64,000 nt of DNA from the human T2T-CHM13v2.0 reference genome, Homo sapiens, in the NCBI RefSeq assembly GCF_009914755.1, contig NC_060926.1. One strand, given 5' to 3'. This document shows, piece after piece, positions 1 through 13,950 of this stretch. Each line of letters starts with the position of its first letter. The first letter of the stretch is position 1. The position numbers and the translations under genes are program-made. Under the pieces are notes generated by a model. It was not told where the DNA came from and did no database searches. It saw only the letters and a program-made list of their open reading frames with translations.

Positions 1-1564
1 GAGAAACCAATGACACAGGATTTTGGGAAGGATCAACCTGCTCCTTCACCCACTGACAAGGGAAAGTAATGACATAGGGCCAGCTCCATAAGAGTTGCCA
101 TCCCCCTTGTCAATGAGTTGATGGGCCCAAGGATGAAAACATGATTGATTCAAGGATGGAAAATGATTAAAGTCTGGAAAATCAGGTTCCACAGAATCTT
201 TTCTGCTGAGGGTATCTGTAAAGATTCTATTCACTAGTTACAAATTTGGTAAGATGTGAGCTTGGTGTAGCTGACTGGCCATACCATCAGCTATGTGTAG
301 ACAGACTGTCCATGAGCTGGAGAGACAGAACCTTGACAATGTTACAGTATTCCTGTATTCAGCCTTCTTCTAACTTGGTCTCCTACTTATGCAAATAAAC
401 ACAGAGACCTAATCCACATTTTTCATGGCTTCTCCAAACTGAACTTAATAAACATGTGAAGTAAATTGAAATCTTTAAATCACCTCTGTTTATCAAAAGT
501 ATTGCATCTGATAAACATCATTATTTAGCTGCTTTAAAATGCATGTTACTTTGGAACATGGTTTTTGAACAGAGTCAACTGTCAATTCCTGAAGATCAGC
601 TCTGTTTCCCCAATATCCACCTTCTGACTGCCCATTCAGCACCTCTCTAGACACAAAATGTCTAAATGAGATTTTTATTTTAAATGGGTGAGGGTCAGAA
701 ACAAATAATTTTTTTAAAAAATTTAATGTCAAATAAGGGTCTTGGTTTTGACATCTATAATAAAACCTCAACTAATGAATGCAATAATACTATCTCTTCT
801 TTTACCAAGCAAAAAGATTAAATGTTTTAAAACATTTCTTTCAAAATATGTTTGAAATAAACAACATGCCGTGACTGTCAAGTTTGGCTTCAAATGATTT
901 TTCCTGTCTCCATTATTTAATATATGTCTGAATTAACTACCAATATTATGTCCAGTTGTCATCACTTAGATTATCTATCACAATCACGCAGTGATGTTAA
1001 TTGATTCAGAAGTAGTACCAGAGAATACATTTTCTTAGTTTAGCTCATAAAATCTCAGGGTAACAGTGTTCACAAGATGACTGATGTCATCGTCTATGTT
1101 CTAAGATCTGTTTTCTTCTTCAGAGCAGATATTTTATCAAAATGACTGAGCCCTAATTTTAAAATTAAAATGAACAGAACTGCTGAAAGTCTGAATAAAT
1201 AGATAGGCTTTAGGCTATATGTATCTCTTGTTTTAATAAATTGGTATTTTAGAGTATTTTGGTCAAACAAAAATATACAACCACACTGTTAGTCATACTG
1301 CTAGTCTTTGCTAACATTAGAGTTCAGCCATGCTCATTCATTTATCAAATACTTGAGGAGCCTCCACCATGTGCCTGACTTTGCAAGACTTTCCAAGGAC
1401 ACTAGGAGACATATGACATGGCAGCTTCAGCAAGGCAGGCTAATATAACCAACCTGCTCCCGCAGCATTTGGTAGGTGTCATGGGCACTGAGCAGCTGAG
1501 CCCTTTGTAAGACCTCTGAAGCCAATCCTTCCTATTCTCCCTCTACAACTTGATGTGCTCAAAC

Positions 1565-1740
1565 CTCACTCAGTGAACTGGCTGCACCAGTGCTACCTGG
1601 GGGAAATTTTGGAAAATACAGATCCCCAGGTCCCACTTCAGAGGATTCTGACTCAATAGGTTTGGAGTAAAAGCCGCGAATCTCTTCTTTTAAAACTCCT
1701 CAGTTGACTGTAACATACAACCACGTTTTGGAAGCACCAC
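1565..1740. mobile_element. MER5-type (hAT-Charlie) DNA transposon relic
   Basis: Motifs AAAATACAGATCCCCAGGTCCCAC...GATTCTGACTCAATAGGTTTGG typical of MER5A/B. Confidence 0.6.
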
Positions 1741-1929
1741 TCCACATATATATTCTGGGGTGGAAAAATCAGGGCACCAATTCATGAGTAAGATATTAGG
1801 GCATTTGAAAAGTCTTGAGTCCCCCAAATATCTCTACCCACAGGACTATCAGGGTACCTGAAAATGTCCCTCTTCACTGTTGTTCTTTTAACTTTAGATG
1901 TTCTCTCTATAAAGTTCTGAATACAGAGC

Positions 1930-2340
1930 ACAATCAGGTCACTCCTCAGGCTATCACTTGTCAATGATTATTCATCAGCCATAAGATAAAGAGAAACCTC
2001 CTTTTAGTGGCATACGAGGCCTTCTGCGTTTCAGCCACTGCCTACTTGTCCATCCTATCTTTCTCATGACCCTTTTCCCAATCTTTTTATCCCTAGCACA
2101 TGGGCCAACCATACAAAACTACTTACTGCTCTCCTAATGCTGTGCATGGGGTTGGTCCTGGGACCTTGATACATGCTTTTCCTGTTGCTCAAGCTGTCTT
2201 CCCATCTCTAATATACCTGGCAAAATCATCTCTGAGGAAGACTTTCTTGATTTCCCCCTATACCCTCCTTTTCCTTGTAACTATATTTTATATGAGTTTC
2301 TGCTGAAGCTGTTACAACTTTATTGGGCTTATTTGTTTAA
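1930..2340 (+). mobile_element. L2 LINE fragment
   Basis: Degenerate L2 3'-region motifs (CAGGTCACTCCTC...ATAAGATAAAG...GGCATACGAGGCC; CTTGATACATGCTTTTCC). Confidence 0.5.
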
Positions 2341-3945
2341 ATGTCCAACTTCTGATGTCTGAAACTTCCTTTTAAATAGTTCTCCCCCCTGGGGGTTGAA
2401 AAGCCTTGTTTTGTCATATTACCATGGTTGGTTTTCTGGATACTTCTCATTTGGGTATGCTCTCTCAGAGGGAAGGTCTAGGGCTGAAGGCTGTTGTTCA
2501 GATTCTTTTATCCCATGGGGTGTTCCCTTTTCCTATGTATTCTTCCCCTTTTCCTATGGATGTGGCTTCCTGTGAGCTGAACTGCAGTGATTGTTTTCTC
2601 TCTTCTGAGTCTAGCCACCTAGCAAGTCTACCTGGCTCCAGGCTGGTAATGGGGGTTGTCTGCACAGAGTCCTGTGATGTAAACCATCTATAGGTCTCTC
2701 AACCTTAGATACCAGCACCTGTTCTGGTAGAGTGGCAGGGGTGGGGGGTGGGGGTGCAGTGGATTCTGTGAGGGTTCTTAGCTTTGGTGGTTTAATGCTC
2801 TATTTTTGTACTGGTTGGCCTCCCCAAAAAATCACATTAGTTCACCAGCAATGGATGAAAACCAACAAGAAATCCCTTTACCTGAAAAAGAATTCAGGAG
2901 GTTACTTATTAAGCTAATCAGGAAGGGATCAGAGAAAGGTGAAGCCCAATGCAAGGAAATCCAAAACATGATACAAGAAGTGAAGGGAGAAATATTAAAG
3001 GAAATAGATAGCTTAAAGAAAAGATAATCAAACATTCAGGAAACTTTGGACACACTTTTAGAAATGTGAAATCCTCTGGAAAGTCACAAAATAGAATTGA
3101 ACATGTAGAAGAAAGAAATTCAGAGCTCAAAGACAAGGTTTTTAAATTAACCCAATCCAACAAAGACAAAGAAAAAAGAATAAGAAAATATGAACAAAGC
3201 CTCCAAGAAGTCTGGGATTATGTTAAATGACAAAACCTAAGAATAATTGGTGTTCCTGAGGAAGAAGAAAATTCTAAAACCTTGGAAGACATATTTGGGG
3301 GAATAATCGAGGAAAACTTCCCCAGCCTTGCTAGAGACCTAGACATCCAAATACAAGAAGCACAAAGAACATCCAGGAAATTCATTGCAAAAAGTATTCA
3401 CCTAGGTGCATTGTCATCAAGTTATCCAAAGTTAAGACAAAGGAAAGAATCTTAAGAGCTGTGAGACAAAATTGCCACATACTCTATAAAGGAAAACTTA
3501 CCAGATTAACAGTAGATTTATCAGCAGAAACCCTAAAAGCTAGGAGGGATTGGGGTCCTGTCTTCAGCCTCCTCACACAAAACAATTATCAGCCAAGAAT
3601 TTTGTATCCAGCAAACCTAAGCCTCGTATATGAAGGAAAGATACAGTCTTTTTCAGACAAGCACATGCTGAGAGAATTCACCATTACCAAGCCACCACTA
3701 CAGGAACTGCTAAAAGCTCTAAATCTTGAAACAAATCATGGAAACACAACAAAACAGAACCTCTTTAAAGCATAAATCACATAGGACCTATAAAACAAAA
3801 ATACAAGTTAAAAAGCAAAAACAAAAAACAAAACAAACCGAAGTACACAGGCAACAAAGAGCACAATGAATGCAACAGTACCTCATATTTCAATAATAAC
3901 ATTGAATGTAAATGCCTAAATGCTCCACTTAAAAGATACAGAACC

Positions 3946-4267
<322 letters not shown>

Positions 4268-6754
4268 TCATCAACCAACTATCTGCTGCCTTCAGGAGAT
4301 TTGCCTAACACATAAGAACTCACGTAAACTTAAAGTGTTGGAAAAAGGCATTTCATGCAAATGGACACCAAAAATGAGCAGGGTTAGCTATCATTATATC
4401 AGACAAAACAAACTTTAAAGCAACAGCAGTTAAAAGAGACAAAGAAGGACATTATATAATGGTAAAAGACCTTGTCCAACAGAAAAATATCACAATTCTA
4501 AACATACACGTACCTAACATTGGAGCTCCCAAATTTATAAAACAATTACTAATAGACCTAAAAAATGTGACAGACAGAAACACAATAGTGGGGGACTTCA
4601 ATACCCCACTGACAACACACACTAGACAGATCATCAAGACAGAAAGTCAACAAAGAAACAATGGATTTAAACCATACCTTGGAACAAATGGACTTAGCAG
4701 ATATATACAGAACATTTCATCCAACAACCACAGAATACACATTCTATTCAACAGCACGTGGAACTTTATCCAAGATAGACCATATGATAGGCCATAAAAC
4801 GAGCCTTAATAAATTGAAGAAAATGGAAATTATATCAAGCACTCTCCCAGACAACAGTGGAATAGAACTGGAAATCGACTCCAAAAGGAACCTTCAAAAC
4901 CATGAAAATACATGGAAATTAAATAATCTCCTGAATGAGTACTGGGTCAAAAATGAAATCCAGATGGAAATTTAAAAATTCTTCAAACTGGATGACAATA
5001 ATGACACAACCTATCAAAATCTCTGGGATACAGCAAAGGTGGTGCTAAGAGGAAAGTTAATAGCTCTAAACACCTACATCAAAAAGACTGAAAGAGCACA
5101 AACTGACATTATAAGGTCACACCTTAAGGAACTATAGAAACAAGAACCAAACCCAAACCCAGAAGAAGAAAGGAAATAACCAAGATCAGAACAGAACTAA
5201 ATGAAATTGAAACAAACAAACAAACAAAATACAAAACATAAATGAAACAAAAAGCTGGTTGTTTGAAAAGGTAAATAAAATTGATCGACCTTTAGCAAGA
5301 TTAACCAAGAAAAGAAGAGAGAAAATCCAAATCACCTCACTAAGAAACAAAACAGGAGATAGTCTAACTGACACCACTGAAATATAAAAGATCATTCAAG
5401 GCTACTATGAACACTTTCATGCACATAGAAAACCTAGAAAAGATGGATACATTCCTGGAAAAATACAAACCCTCCTACCTTAAATCAAGAAAAATTAGAT
5501 ACCCTGAACAGACTAACAACAAGCAGTGAGATTGAAATGGTAATTTAAAAATTACCAACAAAAAAAGTCCAGGACCAGATGGATTCACAGCAGAATTATA
5601 CCACACATTCAAAGAAGAATTGGTACCAATCCTTTTGACACTATTCCACAAGATAAAGAAGGAACCCTCCCTAATTCATTCTATGAAGCCAGCATTACCC
5701 TAATACCAAAACCAGGAAAGGACATAACCAAAAAAGAAAACTACAGACTGATATCCTTGATGAACATAGATGCTAAAATCCTTAACAAAATATTAGTTAA
5801 CCAAATCCAACAACATATCAAAAAGATAACCCACAATGATCAAGTGGGTTTCATACCAGGGATGCAGGGATAGCTTAACATATGCAAGTCAATAAATGTG
5901 ATATACCACGTAAACAGAATTAAAAGCAAAAATCACATGATCATCTCAATAGATGCAGAAAAAGCACTCAACAAAATCCAGCATCCCTTTATGATTAAAA
6001 CTCTCAGCAAAATCAGCATACAAGGGACATACCTTAATGTAATAAAAGCCATCTATGACAAACCCACAGCCAACACAATACTGAATGGAGAAAAGTTGAA
6101 AGCATGCCCTCTAAGAACTGGAACAAGACAAAAATGCCCATTCTCACCACTCCTCTTCAATATAGTACTGGAAGTCCTAGCCAGAGCAATCAGACAAGAG
6201 AAAGAAATAAAGGGCATCCAAATCAGTAAAGAGGATGTCAAACTGCCCCTGTTTGCTGACGATATAATCATTTACCTTGAAAATCCTAGGGACTCCTCCA
6301 GAAACCTCCTAGAACTGATAAAAGAATGCAGCAAAGTTTCCAGATACAAGATTAATATACACAAATCAGTAGCTCTTCTATACACCAACAGCAACCAAGC
6401 GGAGAATCAAATCAAGAACTAAACCCCTTTTACAATGGCTGCAAAAAAATAAAATACTTAGGAATATACCAACCAAGGAGTCAAAAGACCACTACAAGGA
6501 AAACTACAAAACACTGCTGAAAGAAATAATAGATGACATGAACAAATGGACACACATCCCATACTCATGGATGGGTAGAATCAATATTGTGAAAATGATC
6601 ATACTGTCAAAAGAAGTCTACAAATTTAACGCAGTTCCCATCAAAATACCAGCATCATTCTTTACAGAATTAGAAAAAACAATTCTAAAATTCACATGAA
6701 ACCAAAAAGGAGCCCACATAGCCAAAGCAAGACTAAGCAAAAAGAATAAATCTA

Positions 6755-7057
<303 letters not shown>

Positions 7058-8133
7058 GGACAAATCTAGAGGCATCACACTACCTCATTTCAAACTATAC
7101 TATAAGGCCATAGTCACCAAAACAGCATGATACTGGTATAAAAATAGACAATAGACACATGGAACAGAGAAACCACAAATAAACCCAAATACTCACAGCC
7201 AACTGATCTTCGACAAAGCAAACAAAAATGTAAAGCAGGGAAAGGACACCCTTTTCAACAAATGGTGCTGGGATAATTGGCTAGCCAATGTAGGAGAATG
7301 AAACTGGATCCTCATCTCTCACCTTATACAAAAACCAACTCGAGATGGATTAAGGACTTAAACCTAAGGTCTGAAACTATAAAAATTCTAGAAGATAACA
7401 CTGGAAAAACCCTTCTAGACATTTGCTTACGTAAGGATTTCATGACCAAGAACCCAAAAGCAAATGCAATAAAAACAAACATAAATAGCTGGGACCTAAT
7501 GAAACTTAAGAGCTTTTGCACGGCAAAAGGAACAGTCAGCAAAGTAAACAGACAACCCACAGAGGGGGAGAAAATCTTCACAATCTATACATCTGACAAA
7601 GGACTAATATCCAGAATCTACAATGAACTCAAACAAATCAGCAAGAAAAAAACAAACAATCCCATCAAAAAGTAGGCTAAGGACATGCATACACAATTCT
7701 CAAAAGAAGATATCAAAATGGCCAAGAAACATGAAAAAATGCTCAGCATCACTAATGATCAGGAAAATGCAAATCAAAACCACAATGCAATACCACCTTA
7801 CTCCTGCAAGAATGGCCATTATCAAAAAAATCAAAAAACAGTAGATGTTGGCATGGATGCGGCAACCAGGGAACACTTCTACGCTGCTGGTGGGAATGTA
7901 AACTAGTACAACCACTATGGAAAACAGTGTGGAGTTTCCTTAAAGAACTAAAAGTAGAACTACCATTTGATCCAGCAATTCCACTACTGGGTATCTACCC
8001 AGAGGAAAAGAAATCATTATTCGAAAAAGTTACTTACACATTCATGTTTATAGCAGCACAATTCACAGTTGCAAAATCATGGAACAAACCCAAATGCCCA
8101 TCAATCAATGAGTGGATAAACTGTGAGAGAGAC

Positions 8134-8135
<2 letters not shown>

Positions 8136-8187
<52 letters not shown>

Positions 8188-9171
8188 TATCATATATATC
8201 AATATATCTCATATACATCTCATATATATCTCATATACATCTCATCTCATAAATATCATATATATCATATATCTCATATATCTCATATATACCTCATATA
8301 TATATCTCATATATATCTCATATATATCATATATATATCTCATCTATCTCTCATATATCTCATCTATATCATATATATCTCATATATGTATCATACATAT
8401 CTCATATATGTATCATACATATCTCATATATGTATCATACATATCCCATATATGTATCATATATATCTCATATATGTATCATATATCTCATATATGTATC
8501 ATATATCTCATATATGTACCATATATATCTCATATATGTACCATATATATCTCATATATGTGCCATATATATCTCATATATGTGCCATATATATCATATA
8601 TGTATCACATATATCTCATATATATGATATATATATCTCATATATCTCATATATATGATATATATATCTCATATATCTCATATATATGATATATATATCT
8701 CATATATCTCATATATATGATATATATATCTCATATATATGATATATATATCTCATATATCTCATATATATCTCATATATCTCATATATATCTCATATGT
8801 ATCTCATATAGCTCATATATATATCTCACATATATCTCATATATATCTCATACATATATCTCATACATATCTCATATATATCTCATACATATCTCATATA
8901 TATATCTCATACATATCTCATATATATCTCATATATATATCTCATATATATCTCATATATATCATATATATCTCATATATGTATCATATATATCTCATAT
9001 ATGTATCATATATATCTCATATATCTCATATATATCTCATATATATCTCATATGTATCATATATATCTCATATATGTATCATATATATCTCATATATATC
9101 ATATAATTTCATATATATCATATATATCTCATATATATCATATATATATCTCATATATGTATGATATATAT
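8136..9171. repeat. ~1 kb TA-rich compound microsatellite ((TA)n followed by TATATCTCA/TATCA/TATGTATCA variants) in the L1PB1 3' region
   Basis: Directly visible; source of the Y/I/S/H pseudo-ORFs in the track. Confidence 0.97.
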
Positions 9172-12100
9172 GATGGAATACTACTCAGCCATAAAAAGGA
9201 ATGAATTAACAGCATTCACAATGACCTGGATGAGATTGGAGACTATTATTCTAAGTGAGGTAACTCAGGAATGGAAAATCAAAAGTTGTACGTTCTCACT
9301 GATACATGGGAGCTAAGCTATGAGGACACAAAGGCATAAGAATGAATACAATGGACTTTGAGGACTTGGGGGGAAGAGTGAGGGGGGTGAGGGATAAAAG
9401 ACTACAAATATGATGCGGTGTATACTGCTCGGGTTATGGGTGCACCAAAATCTCACAGATCACCACTAAAGAAATTACTCATGTCACCAAATACCACCTG
9501 TACCCTAGTAACTTATGGGAAAAAAATAAAAGTAAATAGTTCTCCCCTCACCATAAAAAATGTATACATATAAACATATATTTAGAGGCAAGATGAGAAA
9601 GAGAAAGAAAATATGCAACAGCATTAACAGTTAGTAAATCTAAGTGAAGGATTTCTGCAGGTCTGAAATTTTTCAAAATAAAAAGTTGCTAAGAATGGTC
9701 CATCTTCACATAAGCTTCTAGAGTACAGGAGTCACGTCATAATCATAGTTGTATTGATCGAATCTAACCCAGTACCTGACACAGAGTATGCTTTTACTAA
9801 CTATTGAGTGAATTGATAAGTGGTAGGAATGACACACTGATGTCTTGATACCTTTCGATGCATAAGCAAGAATAAACTTCTTTCTTTTTTTAAGAATGTA
9901 CTTATTTCTTATTTCCCTGGTTAATTTTACCTAGTGGAAAACAAGTGGAATTCTGGTTGAGGTTGGAAGGTGAGGTTTGGCATCAGGGTGGATGGTAAAG
10001 AGCAGAGTAGGCTGGGCTTTATGAACTGCTGAGACTTCATATTTCTGAAGGGTAAAAGGTGCTACGTATGCTGAAGTTTGGGTGAATTGGTCCCCAGGCA
10101 AATATTTGATACAAAATATATTCCCTATGTGGGTCACCATGCTTCAAGAAGTGTTTTTTCTTTTTCTTCTTATTTTTTTAATAGAGGAGGGAGATTTCCC
10201 ACACACAAAAATGTATTAATCTATTCATTTGGCAGATTTTATTTTCATACAGCACGAATATTTGTAAGTTATGATTATCAAATTTTCTACTTTATCCAGA
10301 TATTTTGAACTTTTAAATAATTATTTACAACAAAAGAAAGTGCATACTGGTGGCCTGTTTATCCAATGTTCTCCACATCTTTCTTTCTTTCTGAATAATA
10401 GTTGACTTTTGAAAAAAAATAATACTTATAGTTCTATCTTTTGATAGAGACACCTGTGTTAAGGAACCACACCATTCTATTGTAAACTAAAGAAGCCCAT
10501 CTTACAAATGAGCTTCCACTTCTTACTTACATCTGATTTTTGAAGAAAGATGCTTTATAGGGGTGTATCTGGGGTGGGTGATAGCCCTTCTTTTCTGTTC
10601 CTTGGGAGTTAAGCACACTGGGTTCCCACCTTTCAAATCATTTCTGTGCCCTTCCTTAAATCCTCATTCCCCTGTTTTAAAGAGTAATAAAGCTCTCTCT
10701 TCTTGTTGGTACCATCTTTAAACTTGAAGAAAGTGGCAGCTAGTTTACACAAACTATCCTAAAAGAAAATTAGACACTGTCTGAGGTGAAAAAATACACT
10801 TCAATCTATTTGCAAAGTATAAAAAAATCAATTTTTGTCCTTACCTTGAAAAAGAACACATATTCTCAGATATTTTTTAAAAATCAGGGCAGTTACCAAA
10901 TAAAGCCCTTAGATAAACTGACATCAGCAATAATAACATTTTTTAAAACTAGTTGTTTAAGGGAACAAAATGGAATGCCCAGTTTACAGTGTAAGCAGAC
11001 TTTGTGTTGACGATGAGGTATGGCACTTATAAGAAGAGCAGCCCATGAAAAATGGCTTGCCTCAAGACTCAGTCAAGCCCAGCTTGATTTAAGTTTTCCT
11101 CTCCTACTTGCTTAGTCATTAAACTAAGGAAAATATTTTGGAATTGGATCTGAGAAAAAGATGTTCTGGCCAACATCATAAAGCTGGTTATTTAAAGAAA
11201 TGCTAAAAGACACTACTTCCCTTTTGCTTCCAAAAGGATAGGAAACCAAGGCTGTGCTGCAATACTTGAAAAATGCACTCTGTCTTTTTAAGTGTGGCTT
11301 TGAAATTGCTACTTTTAAGGACAGCCCATTTTATAGACGTTGCACCACCTCAACTGCTATGCGGACCACAAAAAAGGATTATGGACTTTCTCTTCAGTAG
11401 AGTGTTAAATGGTCCCCTGAATAGCAATTTTCTAAAAGAGCAAACATATGTGGCATATCCTGCATGTTTTCCTGACACTGGAGTCTATCTGTAACATAAA
11501 CTGTGGGATACAGGTAGAGTCTCTAGTTTATAGAAACGCACTTAGTTTTACCACTAAACTGGAGGTAATTAATTTAAGACACTTAAAAGTAAAGAACACA
11601 AATTTTTAAAAACTTGGGGAACAGTAAATGGTTAAGTTCTATTATTTTTTCAGTCTCTTTCAAATAATGTCACAAATTTCTTTTAGCTTTTGCTGTTGTT
11701 TTTCTGAAGGATTTTAGCTAGAATGTTCTACACTTTAGCATCTGCCTATCTAAAACCTGTGAGCCTTCAAGTCCCAATTACAATGCTGCCTTCTCCATGA
11801 AACCCTTCTCTCCATAGCAGCAAAAAGTAACTCCTTCCTGTGGGCTCCTTTGTCACTTTCTTTCCACCTTCCTAATGTGGTTGTTATGTTTCACTCTTTG
11901 GTACAATTGTGAGTGAGCTAGTTTTAAATTCTGTAGATTACAAACTAGGCGAGAGCAAGAACAGTGTCACTCATTTTTGTACTTATTGGACAGTATAATA
12001 TTTCTTTTTAAATACAATATGAAGTTAGTGAAAAAGGTAAGTAGCAAAAAAAGTACAAATCAATGTTCTAAAATTCATATTCAGAAAAGATAAGTCAATG

Positions 12101-12929
12101 AAATATGTTTCAGATAATTCTTTAAAAGCAAATATTAAAAAACAAAAATAAAAATCCAATTTCCATTTGATTATAATTTCCCAAAAGCCAGACCATGGCT
12201 CTCTTCTTTGGACACCCACAGCTCCAAGTTCAGAGCATTGCTTTTTGTCAGTGTTAATTACCATTTGGTTGCTCAAAAATAAAACTGTGTCCACTGAGCC
12301 AATGTTCCAAAGTCCAGCAAGCCAATATTATATTAGGAGACGAAAGTCTTTTTGGTTCCCAACATTTATCCAAATCCAAATACTTAATATATTTCCAAAT
12401 ATTTCTATCATCTTGATGCATCTCCCTGAAGACTCCAGGAATCAACAAAATATATTCACGGTCTACGTTGCTGATAAGTGAAGCACCTTTATATTTATAA
12501 AAAAAAAGAAGACTCCCATAATCGTTATTTCATCTATGCAGAACACTAATGATGAGAGAGAAGCATTCATGTGAAGACATATCAACACCAGGGTCTCACT
12601 ATTGTACCCTTTGATTGCTCAATACTTACTGCACATCACTTCTTGTATCAGTAATTCTAGTTTAATGACGTAATATTTATTTCATACAGGAAAGCTTTTA
12701 GCAGTGTTCAGAAAGAAAAATCTACTCATAAACCGCTTTTATTTTCTTTCCCTTTCTATCCCCTTTACTTCACACTTTGCCTCATATCAAAAGTAAAATG
12801 ATTATTCTATAGTAGGAAACTACACTTTAATAATTAATATTGACTTTAAAGTTGAAACAACATAGTTCCAATACATCGGTATAGCTCTTAGTCTATTTTG
12901 CGGTGATGGTAAGATCATTTTTATAAATA

Positions 12930-13231
12930 TTTATTATTTATTTATTTTATTCATTTTATTGAGACAGTATCTCACTCTGTCTCCCAGACTGGAGCGCAGT
13001 GGCATGATTATGGCTCACTGCAGCCTCAACCTCCTGGGCTCAAGCAATCTTCCTACCTTAGCCTCCCAAGTAGCTGGGACTACAGGCATGCATCACCATG
13101 CCCAGCTAATTTTTCGAGACAGAGTTTCACCATGTTGCCCAGGTGGGTCTCAAACTCCTGAGCTCAAGCAATCTGACCACCTGGGCCTACCAAAGTGCTA
13201 GGATTACAGGCATGGACCACTATGCCCAGCT
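12930..13231 (-). mobile_element. AluJ
   Basis: Antisense Alu with J-type CTCCTGGGCTCAAGCAATC; flanking AAGATCATTT duplication. Confidence 0.9.
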
Positions 13232-13589
13232 GGAAAGATCATTTGATAGATAAGATAAGAGAAAATAGTTTCATATTTATTAGCAATAAAGACTGTTATA
13301 ACCGTCATGTAGAATCCAAAAAGTTCCATAGAACGGGCATGTGTATTTCAAATACAGGTGTGTGGTTTTTTTTCTCTCACTCAACAATGTAAGGAGCTTT
13401 AGGGTTAAAATCCAAAAGCATAATTTTACCTAAATATTTTCCTACTCTTTGTCAGTTATGTAGTCCCCACACTCCTATCCAGTGTGCCAGAGTGCTACTC
13501 TGGGCTGATCAACACTGCCCCACGCAGGGGAACTAAGGATCTGCATGTCAGAATCCTCCAAGCTGGAACTGGGCCAGTCTTAGGCTTAC

Positions 13590-13672
13590 CTAGAAATATA
13601 CACCTGATCCCATGAGACCACGTTGGCTGTGATATGATAGCACTTCTCATGGGATCAGGTGTATATTTCTAG
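13590..13672. repeat. Perfect 28-bp inverted repeat with 27-nt spacer
   Basis: CTAGAAATATACACCTGATCCCATGAGA (13590-13617) is the exact reverse complement of TCTCATGGGATCAGGTGTATATTTCTAG (13645-13672). Confidence 0.98.
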
Positions 13673-13744
13673 ATAGCAGCAGGCTTCCATGCTCAGCTTG
13701 TGCCAGGAAGCCACAGGATCCAACATCATGGAAAGATCATGAAA

Positions 13745-13950
13745 ATGAGATTTTAATCAGAGTGTGAGTCCCAGCTCAGCCAGTTAATAAACCTGAGCAA
13801 GTCCCTTAATCTCCCTGAGACTCAGCTCCCTTACCTGTGAAAATGAGTCCATACCACACTGGCCCTTATTATATATACTAAAATGAGACAATGATATGAA
13901 AGCAGTCTCTAAAGTAAGTATGCATGCATTTATGTAATGTTAATTATTCT
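13745..13950 (+). mobile_element. MIR SINE
   Basis: CCCAGCTCAGCC...CCTGAGCAAGTCCCTTAATCTCCCTGAGACTCAG...CTGTGAAAATG core. Confidence 0.75.

Noticed and set aside
7927-9204. Long Y/I/S/H-rich ORFs (up to 243 aa)
   Set aside because: Artefacts of translating a stop-poor TA-rich microsatellite.
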